Source: Sphyrna mokarran (lineage: Eukaryota). Taken from it: a stretch of 64,000 nucleotides of DNA. How positions within the stretch are numbered: position 1 is the stretch's first letter; every line of letters begins with the position of its first letter. Positions 37,376 through 48,709 of this stretch are shown here, in pieces. Location of the stretch: positions 1,736,001 to 1,800,000 of the forward strand of contig JAGIQG010000016.1 in assembly GCA_024679065.1 (NCBI GenBank), written 5' to 3'. A program made the position numbers and the translations under genes. The notes below the pieces were generated by a model. It did no database searches. It was not told the origin of the DNA and saw only the letters and a program-made list of their open reading frames with translations.

Positions 37376-37699
37376 TGTCTGTGTTCCTGTCTCACTTTGA
37401 CCATGTGGTAATGGTCTGGGAGGGGAACCATCCTGACCTCTGGCCCTTCACCTGTTTGCAGTCGAATTGTTGGATAGAAAGGCTTTCATTCATCTAACCA
37501 CTTCCTTCTCTTCAGAATGTTACATTGCCCCTTGACAACCCAAATTATGCACTTAAGTGGAGAGGTCAGTATTGTAATATAGGAAGGGAAGGGGTTTCCG
37601 GTGGTCTGGCTGGGGTGGGAAATAGGGATGGGATCCCGGTCTGTGTATGGGCAGTTGAGAGGGTGGTTTCTGGGAGTTGGTATAATCAGGAGCTGTTGG

Positions 37700-39750
37700 A
37701 CATAGGAGCAGAAATAAGCCATTCAGCCCACTGAATCAGCTCTGTCATTCAATGAGATCATGACTGACCTGATCTGATAATCCTCAACTTCACTTTCCAG
37801 CCTTATTTGAGAATTATAGTCCGATTAGCCTGACATTGGCAGTGTGTTGGAGTCTAACGTGAAGGACGCAATAACTGAGCATGTGGGAAGTGGTGACAGG
37901 ATCAATCCAAGTCAGTATGGATGCACTGAAGGCAAATCGTGCTTGTCAAATCTTCTGGAATTTTTTGAGGATTTTACCAGAAGAGTACACAAGGATGAAT
38001 CAGTGGATGTTGTGTATCTGGACTTACAAAAGGCTTTTGACAAGGTCCCACACAAGAGATTAGTGAACAAAATTAAAGCTCATGGTAACGTATTGATGTG
38101 GATAGAGAACTGGCTAGCAGACAGAAAGCAGAGAGCGGGGAATAAATGGGTTATTTTCAGAGTGGCAGGCAGTGATGAGTGGGGTACCGCTGAGTTCAGA
38201 GCTGGAACTGCAGCTATTCACAATATACATTAATGATATAGACAAAAGAATTGAATGCAATATCTCCAAATTTACAGACAACACTAAGCTGAGTGAAAGT
38301 GTGTGTTAAGAGGAGGATGCTAAGAGACTGCAGAGAGACTTGGATAGGCTGGCTGAATGAACAAATACTTGGCAGATGCAGTATAATGTGGATGAATGTG
38401 AGGTTATTATCCATTTTGGTGGCAAAAACAGGGAAGTTTGTCTGAAAGATGGGCAGTTTAGGAAAAGGGGAAGTGCAACTTGGCCTGAGTATCATGGTGG
38501 AGCAGTCACTGGAGGTTAGCATGCAGTTACAACAGCTGGTGAGGAAACCAAATGGCCTGCTGGCCTTCAGGATTTGAGTATAGGAGTAGGGATGTTTTGC
38601 TGCAGTAATTCAGGGCTTTGAGTATTGTATGCAGTTTTGATCTCCTCTTCTGAGAAAGGACATTCTTGCTATTAAGCGAGTTCAATGGAGGTTCACCAGA
38701 CTGATTCCTGGAATGGCAGTACTGAAATATGAAGGAGGACTGGATCGACTGGGCTTGAAATCATTAGAATTTAGAAGAATGAGAGGGGATCTCACAGAAA
38801 CATAAAAAATCCTGATGTGACTGGACAAGCTAGATGTGGGAAGAATGTTCCCAATGTTGGGGAAGTGCAGAACCAGGGATCACAGTCTAAGAATAAAGGG
38901 TAAGTCACTCAGCACTGAGATCAGGAAGAACCTTTTCATTCGGAAAGGTATGAGCTTGTGGAATTCTCTACCACAGAAAGCTGTTGGGGCCAGTTTGTTA
39001 GATATGTTCAAGAGAGAGGTGGATGTAGCCCTTACGACTAGAGTGATCAAGGAGTATGGAGAGAAAGTGGGAGTGGGATACTGAAAGTGCATGGTGAACC
39101 ATGATCGTAAGAACATAAGAAATAGGAGCAGGAGTAGGCCATCCAGCCCCTCGAGACTACCCTGCCACTCAATAAGATCATGGCTGATCTGAAGTGGATC
39201 AGTTCCATTTACCCGCCTGCTCCCCATAACCCTTAATTCCCTTGTCATTCAGAAATCTATCTACCTGTGACTTAAACATATTCAACGAGGTAATCTCCAC
39301 TGCTTCAGTGGGCAGAGAATTCCAGAGATTTACTGATCACATTGAATGGTGGGGTGAGTCTGAAGGGCCAAATAACCTACTTCTGCACTAATTTCTACGT
39401 TTCAATGCTCATAACTCTCGATTCTCTTACTGATTAAAAATCTCTCTATCTCAGCCTTGAACATATTTAATGATCAAGCCTCTACAGCCCTCAGCGGTAA
39501 AGAATTTCACAGATACACTCCCCTCTGAGAGAAGAAACTCCTCCTCATCTCTGTCTGAAATGAGGCAAACCTTTACTCTGATATTATTTCCTCTGCTTCC
39601 AGACTCTCCCACAAGAGGAAACAATCTCTCAGCATTGACCCTGTCAAACCCTTTGAGAGTCTAATATGTCTCAATAAGGTCGCACCTCAGTCTTCTAAAC
39701 TCCAATGAGTACAGACCCAATCTACTCAAATGCTCCCCAAAAGAAAATCC
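37700..39750. mobile_element. Nested decayed CR1s: + copy at about 37810-39400 (with - insert at about 39110-39335) inside an older - copy
   Basis: ORF 37844-38233 (CLSNLLEFFE, DLQKAFDKVPH) and ORF 38836-39084. Confidence 0.85.
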
Positions 39751-40131
39751 GAAGATTTAAATTTCAGACAATCGGGTAACGCCAGGAGCATCATAACAAC
39801 ACATGGGAGATTGTAACTTCCCAGGAAATTCCAGCACAGTCCGTGATCAGGGATTACCAGAGGGGTTATGACCTTCCCCAAGATGGGGTGGACTGAGCAT
39901 TGCATGCCTGCATCAGTTACTCGATAATAATCAGGGAGAATGACAATACAAGTGAGCCAAATTAAACTAAACCTCGTCAAAAGCATTAACTGGTTGGCAG
40001 CTTTAGAATGGTTTCACTGATGTATCAATTTGTCAAACAGTTGCTCCAACAGACTGAGGAACATATCAAAAACATCTGGAAAGACTGAAATGTAAATATA
40101 TGGAAAATCCGTGAATGTGTAGTCAGTATAG

Positions 40132-40480
40132 AGGGTGGCACAGTGTTTAACACTGTTTCCTCATAGCCCAAAGACCCGGATTCAATTCCAACCTCTCGTG
40201 ACTGTCTGTGCAGAGTCTGCACATTCTCCTAGTGTCTGCATAGGTTTCCTCCAGGCTGTCCAGTTTCCTCCCACACTCCAAAGATATGCAGATTAGGTGG
40301 ACTGGCCAAATTGCCCCTTAGTGTCTAATGCTGTGTAATTTTGGTGAATTGGCCATGGTAAACGTGTGATTACAGGATAGGGTGAAGAGAGAACCAGGCA
40401 TATTCTATCAGGGAGTTGGTGCAGATTGGATGGGCTGAATGGCCTCGTTTTACAGTGTAGATAATCTATAGTTCTATATG
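40132..40480 (+). mobile_element. HE1/V-SINE-type SINE
   Basis: Head, V-domain and LINE-like tail are recognisable. Confidence 0.85.
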
Positions 40481-40660
40481 TTGACGTGTTTCACAAATTG
40501 CAATCTCATATTCCCATTTATTCACTTCAGTCATGACAAATTAATCCAGATTTGGGTGTCCGCTATCCCAGCTTTTGTCCCCATCATAATCAGCACATTT
40601 GACCAGTAGAAGCACAGACCCAGGCAGCCTCACTGTTAACCCTCAGAACATCACATAATT

Positions 40661-41957
40661 CTCTGACAGTGCGGCGCTCCCTCAGTACTGACCCTCTGAC
40701 AGTGCGGCGCTCCCTCAGCACTGACCCTCTGACAGTGCGGCACTCCCTCAGCACTGACCCTCTGACAGTGCGGCGCTCCCTCAGCACTGACCCTCTGACA
40801 GTGCGGCACTCCCTCAGCACTGACCCTCTGACAGTGCGGCACTCCCTCAGCACTGACCCTCTGACAGTGCGGCACTCCTCAGCACTGACCCTCTGACAGT
40901 GCGCACTCCCTCAGCACTGACCCTCTGACAGTGCGGCACTCCCTCAGCACTGACCCTCTGACAGTGCGGCACTCCCTCAGCACTGACCCTCTGACAGTGC
41001 AGCGCCCCTCAGCACTGACCCTCTGACAGTGTGGCACTCCTCAGCACTGACCCTCTGATAGTGCAGCACTCCCTCAGCACTGCCCTCTGACAGTGCGGCA
41101 CTCCCTCAGTACTGACCCTCTGACAGTGCGGCACTCCCTCAGTACTGACCCTCTGACAGTGCGGCACTCCCTCAGCACTGACCCTCTGACAGTGCAGCGC
41201 CCCTCAACACTGACCCTCTGACAGTGCGGCACTCCCTCAGCACTGACCCTCTGACAGTGCAGCACTCCCTCAGCACTGACCCTCTGACAGTGCAGCACTC
41301 CCTCAGCACTGACCCTCTGACAGTGCGGCACTCCCTCAGCACTGACCCTCTGACAGTGCGGCACTCCCTCAGTACTGACCCTCTGACAGTGCGGCACTCC
41401 CTCAGCACTGACCCTCTGACAGTGCGGCACTCCCTCAGCACTGACCCTCTGACAGTGCGGCACTCCCTCAGCACTGACCCTCTGACAGTGCGGCACTCCC
41501 TCAGCACTGACCCTCTGACAGTGCAGCACTCCCTCAGCACTGACCCTCTGACAGTGCGGCACTCCCTCAGCACTGACCCTCTGACAGTGCGGCACTCCCT
41601 CAGCACTGACCCTCTGACACACTCCCTCACACTGACCCTCTGACAGTTTGACAGTGCGGCACTCCCGCACTTGGCCCTCAGCACTGACCCTCTGACAGTG
41701 CGGCACTCCCTCAGCACTGACCCTCTGACAGTGTGGCACTCCCTCAGTACTGACCCTCTGACAGTGCGGCACTCCCTCAGTACTGACCCTCTGACAGTGC
41801 AGCACTCCCTCAGTACTGACCCTCTGACAGTGCAGCACTCCCTCAGTACTGACCCTCTGACAGTGCAGCACTCCCTCAGTACTGACCCTCTGACAGTGCG
41901 GCACTCCCTCAGTACTGACCCTCTGACAGTGCGGCACTCCCTCAGCACTGACCCTGG
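40661..41957 (-). repeat. 33-bp minisatellite, inverted orientation
   Basis: About 39 units of the reverse complement. Confidence 0.97.
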
Positions 41958-42635
41958 TGAATGTTGATTTATGTTGATGTTAAGACTGATGTTTTTGTGT
42001 GTGCACCAACATTTAAAACTTGTCAATTCACTTGTAAGAAGAGAGATAGAGAAAGAGAACAAAAAGAAAGTGATAGCGATTGGCTGTAACACTACACATT
42101 CCACAGTCCGACACGCGGAACAGATGAGACAGAGGTTGAGAGGGAACCAGAGATGGAATCACCCTCTCAGATAGGGTGAGGGGATGAACTGGGAGAGTGG
42201 GGGCAAAATTAAATCAGGTCATATCATGGGATTGTAGAATGGCCATAAGATACGACACATCGAGAGGATATTCAGCCCACCGTTTCTGTGCTAGCCCTTT
42301 GAAAGATCCCTCCAATTAGTCTCCACTCTCTCTATACGCTTTCTCTGTAAATTTTCCCCCTTTCCAGTATTTCCCCAATTGCCCCTTTTGAAAGTTCCTA
42401 TTGAATCTGCTTCCACCGCCCTTTCAGGCAGCACCTTCCAGATCACAACAATTCGCTCTGTGTCCAGAATAAAATTCTCCTCATCTCTCACTCCCTCTAA
42501 TTCTTTTCCCGATTCTCTTCAATCTGTATCCCCTCTGGCTACCGAGCCTCCTGTCATTGGAAATACTTTCTCTTCTCTTGCTCTTTCTCACACCAAGTGT
42601 ATGGACTGCAAATAAACTGTGGGCCTGTGACTCAC

Positions 42636-42800
42636 CCCATGCCCGGAATGATGCAGATGTCTTCACCGATGAGAGAGGACTGTACACATCCCGCTGCCTC
42701 CCACTGCTCCAAACTCAGACAGTACCGAGTTGGAGCTTCACTTTGAGATGTGTGATTGTTGTTTGAGGCTGTGAGTTTAGTGGTGAAAGGGGGAGGTGGT
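42636..42800 (-). other. Putative exon 1 (5'UTR plus ATG GG) of the Siglec-like gene
   Basis: Non-repetitive island ending ccgggcATGGG|gtgagt (strong Kozak context, strong donor at 42635). Splicing to the 29171 acceptor is in frame (MGIQEMGALIS...). The 5' boundary is a guess. Confidence 0.5.
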
Positions 42801-42915
42801 GAAGTAGGAGGAGGAAGTTACTGATTTAAATATCTTTACTAGTGGCTGTTACTTTCACCCCGTGCAAGCAAAGTACACTTAGAGTAAGAACCAGATTGAG
42901 AAGTTAACCACAGTC
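42800..42915 (-). promoter_or_regulatory. Candidate haematopoietic promoter
   Basis: PU.1/Spi-type GAGGAAGT at 42811-42818, TATA-like TATTTAAA (minus) at 42825-42832, IRF-like GTGAAAGT (minus) at 42851-42858 and RUNX AACCACA at 42906-42912, all next to the putative exon 1. Confidence 0.4.
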
Positions 42916-43069
42916 ACATTTTGCCGTGTCAGTGACTCATACTTTCCACGAGATCATCTGTAGTAAACATTTCTTGACAAGTTCTGAAACTGTTGTTAAC
43001 TCCTTCTATCAGGCACTCCCCTCCATCACCTATCCATTAGCCACAGAAGGAGCCTGTCTGATCTCTATC

Positions 43070-43360
43070 TGGGTAGCACATAGGTCAGCACCCACAATAC
43101 CGGGGACTTGGGTTCAATTTCTGGTTTGAGTCACTGTCTGTGTGGAGTCTGCATATTCTCCCCCTATCCAATTGAGTTTCCTCTGGATGCTCCAGTTTCT
43201 TCCCACAATCTGAAAGACATGCTGGTTAGGTACTTTGGCCACGCCTAATTCTCCCTTAGTGTTCCTGAACAGGCACCGTGGTGTGGTGACTAGGGGTATT
43301 TCACAGTAACTTCATTGCAATGTTAATGTAACCTACGTGTGACAAATAAATAAACTTTAA
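43070..43360 (+). mobile_element. V-SINE-type SINE (variant tail)
   Basis: Same structure as 35903-36183. Confidence 0.8.
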
Positions 43361-43444
43361 AAATCCCTCAGAAGGCATGGGTTAGTTAAAGTTAAAACAC
43401 CTAGAATAAATAAATTTATCTTAACTCTATCCACCCAGCTTTGA

Positions 43445-46400
43445 TGCATAGAACAAAGAACAGTATGGCACAGGAACAGGCCCTTTGGCCCAGCAAGCCT
43501 GTACTGACTGACATCGGGTGCCTTTCTAAAGACTTTTTGCCTCTACATGGTCCATATCCCTCTATTCCCTGCCTATTCATGTATTTGTCAAGATGTCTCT
43601 GGAATATTGCTACTGTAACTGCTTCTACCAACTCCTTTGGCACCTCATTCCAAGGACTTCACACCCCGTGTAAAAAAACTTGCCTCTCACATCTCCTTTA
43701 AACCTTCCCCCTTTTCCCTAAAATCTGTCTCTCTCAATAATTGACATTTCCACCCTGGGAAAAAGACTGTGACTATCCATTCTATCTGTGCCCCTCAGCA
43801 TTTTGTAGACTTCTATCAGGTCGCCCCTCAGCCTCCGATGTTCTAGTCTCTAGTTTTAGACTCTCCTATCTTTGGGAAAAGATATTGACTATCCAGCTGA
43901 TGTATGCTCCTTATTATTTTATAGATCTCTATAAGATCACCCCTCAGCCTTCCTCGCTCCAGAGAAAAAAGTCCCAGTCTATCCAGCCTCTCCTGATAAC
44001 TCAATCCATCAAGTCCCAGTAACATCCTAGTAAATCTTTTCTGCTCTCTTTCTAGTTTAATAATATCCTTTCTGTAATAGGCTGACCAGAACTGTACACA
44101 GTATTCCAAGTGTGGCCTTACCAATGTCTTGTACAACTTCAACAAGACGTCCCAACTCCTGTATTCAATGTTCTGACCGATGAAACCAAGCATGCTGAAT
44201 GCCTTCTTCACCACTCTGTCCACCTGTGACTCCACTTTCAAGGAGTTATGAACATGTATCCCAAGATCTCTTTGTTCTGTAACTCTCTCCCCAACGCCCT
44301 ACCATTAACTGAGTAAGTCCTGCCCTGGTTCAATCTATCAAAATACATCACCTCACATTTATCTAAATTAAACTCCATCTGCCATTCGTAAGCCCACTGG
44401 CCCAATTGATCAAGATCCTGTTGCAATCCGAGATAACCTTCTGCATTGTCCACTATGCCACCAATCTTAGTGTGATCTACAAACTTAATTTTGATTAATG
44501 CACCCTATATTCTCATCCAAATCTTGATATAAATGATAAATAACAGTGGATCCAGCACTGATCCCTGAGGCACACCGCTGGTCACAGGCCTCCATTTTGA
44601 AAAACAACCCCCTACAACCACCCTCTGGCTTCAGTCAAGAAGCTAATTTAGATACTTTATCCTGGATCCAATGAAATTTAACCTTATGCAACTACCTACC
44701 ATGCGGTACCTTGTCAAAGGCCTTGCTAAAATCCATGTAGACAACATCAACTGCACTGCCCTCATCTAAATTCTTGGTTACCTCTTCAAAAAACTTCATC
44801 AAATTTGTGAGATATGATTTCCCACTCACAAAGCCATACTGACTGACCCTAATCAGTCCTTGAGTCTCTAAAGGCCTATAGATCCCATCTCTCAAAATAT
44901 CTTCCAACAACTTACTCACCACAGATGTGAGGCCTGTAGTGTCTAAGCTTTTCCCTGCAGCCCTTTTTAAAGGTACAATATTTGCCACTCTCCAATCTTC
45001 GAGCACCTCACCTGTGATCATTGATGATTCAAATATCTTGGCTAGAGGACCCATCTAGAACAAAGAACAAAGAAAATTCCAGCACACAAACAGGCCTTTC
45101 GGCCCCTCCAAGCCTGCACCGACCATGCTGCCTGACTGAACTGAAGCCCCCTACTCTTCCGGTGACCATATCCCTCTATTCCCATCTATTCACATATTGA
45201 TCAAGACAGCCCTTAAACCTCACTATCGTATCCATTTCCACTCCTTCCCCCGGCAACGAGTTCCAGGCATCCACCACCCTCTGTGTAAAAAACCTGCCTC
45301 GTACATCTCCATTAAACATTGCCTCTTGCATCTTAAACCTGTGCTCCTGACTCCTCACCCTGGGAAAAGCTTCTGACTATCCACTTTGTCCGTGCCTCTC
45401 ATAATCTTAAAGACTTTTATCAGGTTGCCCCTCAACCTCGGTCGCTCCAGTGAGAACAAACCAAATTTCCCCAATCTTTCCTCATAGCTAATGCCCTCTA
45501 TACCAGGCAACATCCTGGGAAATCTTTTCTGTACCCTCTTCAAAGCTTCCACATCCTTCAGGTAGTGTGGCGACTAGAATTGAACACTATATTCCAAATG
45601 CAACCTAACTAAGGTTCTATAAAGCTGCATCATGACTTGCCAATTTTTAAACTCAGTGCCCTGGTTGATGAAGGTAACCATGCCGTATGCCTTCTTGACT
45701 ACATTCTCCACCTGCATTGCCACTTTCAGTGACCTGTGTACCTGTACACCCAGATCCCTCTGCCTATCAATACTCCTAAGGGTTCTGCCATTTACTGTAT
45801 ATTTCCTATCTGTATTCGACGTTCCAGAATGTATTTCCTCACATTTGTCCAGATTAAACTCCATCTGCCATCGCTTTGCTCAAGTCTCCAATTGATCTAT
45901 ATCCCGCATCGCTGCAAATCTATCAACCTTTGTGTTATCTGCAAACTTATCAAACTAGTTACATTTTCCTCCAATCATTTATATATATTACAAACAGCAA
46001 AGGTCCCAGCACTGATCCCTGAGGAACACCACTTATTATAGCCCTCCACTCAGAAACACACCCTTCCACTGCTACTCTCTGTCTTCTTTGACTGAGCCAG
46101 TTTTGTATCCACCTTGCCAGCTCACCTCTGAATCCATGCAACTTCATCTTCTGTACCAGTCTGCCATGAAGGACATTGTCAAAGGCCTTACTGAAGTCCA
46201 TGTAAACAACATCCACTGCCCTACCCTCATCAATCATCTTCATCACTTCCTCAAAACACTTGATCAATTTAGTAAGACACGACCTCCCCTTCATGAAACC
46301 ATGTTGCCTCTCACTAATACACTCACTTACTTCCAAGTGGGAATAAATCCTGTCTCAAAGAATCCTCTCCAATAATTTCCCTATCACTGATATAAGGCTC

Positions 46401-48385
46401 ACTGGCCTGTAATTTTTTGGGTTATTCTTACTACCCTTTTTAATCAAAGGAACAGCACTGGCTATTCTCCAATCCTGCAGGACCTCCCCTATCATAGGAA
46501 GTCTCACAACACCAGATTAAAGTCCAATCAGTTTATTTGATAGTAAACCCCAGCTTCTGGAACTTTCCACACACCTGATGAAAGAACAGCATTTCCGAAA
46601 GCTTGTGGGTTTACTATCAAATAAGCTAGTTGGTTTTTAACCTGGTATTGTGAGGCTTCTTACTGTATTTATCCAATTCAACACTGGCATCTCCACATCA
46701 TGACCTCCCCTATAGCCAGTGAGGATACAAAGATTTCTCTCAAGGCCCCGGCAATTTCCTCCCTCCTCTTTCAGTATTCTGGGGTATATCCCAACAGGCC
46801 CTGGGAACTTGTCTATCTTAATATTTCTCAAGAGCCCCAATACCTCCTCCTTTTTGATCTCAATGTCACTCAAACTATCTACACATCCTTTCCCAGACTC
46901 ATTATCCACCAAGTCCTTCACTTTGGTGAATACTGATACAAAATACTCATTTAATACTTCACTCATTTCCTCTGCTCCACATGTAGATTCTCTCCCCTGT
47001 CCTTGAGTGGGTCAACCCTCTCCCTGGCTACCTTTTTGCTCTTTATGTATGTATAAAAAGCCTTGGGATGTTCTCTAATCCTGCTGGCCAATGCTTTTTT
47101 GTGACCCCTTTTAGCCCTCCTTAATCCTTTCTTAAGTTTCTTACTACTTTCCTTGTATTCCATACTTGCTTTGTGTGTTCCCAGCCTCCTAGTTTTGACT
47201 AGGCTTACACTATCTCTCGTTACCCAGCGTTCCCAAAACTTGTCATACTTATCCTTCATCCTTACGGGAATGTGCCGGTCCTGAATCCCCATCAGCTTAC
47301 ACTTCAAAGCTTCCCACATACCAGATGTTGATTTGCCCTCAAACATCTGCCCCCAATTTACATTCTTCAGTCTCTATCTAATATTGTTATAATTAGCCTT
47401 TCCCCAATTTAGCACCTTAACTTAAGGACCATACTCATCTTTATCCATTAGTACCTTAAAGCCCACTGAATTGTGATCACTATTCCTGAACTGCTCCCCC
47501 ACTGAAACATCGACCATCTGGGCAGGCTCATTTCGTAGTACCAGGTCCAGTACGGCCCCTTCCCCAGTTGGATTTTCTACATACTGTTTGAGGAAGATTG
47601 TGCAAAAAACTTGCCTCTCTCACCTTCTTTAAACTTTCCCCCTTTTACCTTAAACCTATGTCCCCCAATAATTGACATTGCAAACTCTGCCTCCTCCACA
47701 GCCCTAGCACTAAGTGAATCCCAGTAAATATAGGGGAAGTTAAAATCTCCCACCATAACAACCCTGTTACTTTTACATCTTGCCATATCTGTTCCCCAGT
47801 CTCCCACTGGCAGTTGGGTGGCCTATAGTAAACCCCCAAAACGCCCTACACCTTTCCTATTCCTGAGCTCTACTCATATTGCCTCACTGTATGAACACTC
47901 CGAGGTGTCCTCCCAGAGTACAGCTGGGATATTCTCCTTAACCTGTAGTGCAACTTCCTCAATCCTTTTACCTCCCCTCTCACCCATCTCTTGTGGATTT
48001 GCACATAGATCTTGTTGATCCTTAAGAGGCTCTACTCTCTCCCGAGTTACTCTTTTGCCCTTTATATATTTGTAGAAGCTTTTTGGATTCTCCTTTGCCT
48101 TAACTGCCAAATTAATCTCGTGTCTCCTTTTTGCCCTTCTGATTTCTCTCTTAACTCTACTTCTACTCCTCTATACTCTTCAAGGGATTCAGCCAATCAC
48201 AGCTGCTTACGCATGTCATCTGCCTCCTTTTTCTTCTTGACGAGGGCCTCAATGTCCTGAGTTATCCAGGGTTTCCTACTTGTCCTTCACTCTAAGAGGA
48301 ATGTGTTTACCCTGAACCCTGGTAACACAGTTTTGAAAGCCTCCCACTTACTTGACATCCCTTTGCCTTCCCAAAGACTCCCCAT
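43445..48385 (-). mobile_element. Cluster of decayed CR1 LINEs (43445-43845, 43845-45055, 45057-47980, 47980-48385)
   Basis: Multiple RT and endonuclease fragments ([33 protein letters not shown]) and two separate tails. Confidence 0.92.
46493..46701. mobile_element. Penelope-like inverted-repeat remnant with 12-bp target-site duplication
   Basis: Inverted arms at about 46496-46562 and 46593-46661. Flanked by gacctcccctat at 46481-46492 and 46702-46713. Contains a CTGATGA...GAAA core. Confidence 0.75.
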
Positions 48386-48709
48386 CCCTCTCAGAAAATA
48401 CTGTTGAAGCTGGAAGGGATCAATTGGAAAAGTTCCAACTAAGATTGTTAGGTTTTTGTTGGAGTGTTAAGGGATTACATAATTCTTAAAAAGTTTATAA
48501 AATGATGAGGGACATGGACAAAATGAAGAAATGGATTCTTTTTCCTAGGTAGCAATGTCAATTACTGGGGGACATAGATTTAAAGTAAAAAGGGGCAAGT
48601 TTAAAGGAGGTGTGAGAGGCAAGTCTTTTGCACAGAGGGTGTGTGCCAAATGCCTGGAATGTGCTGCCAGGGGAGGTGAGAGAAGTAGATACAATAGCAA
48701 TAGCAACAA

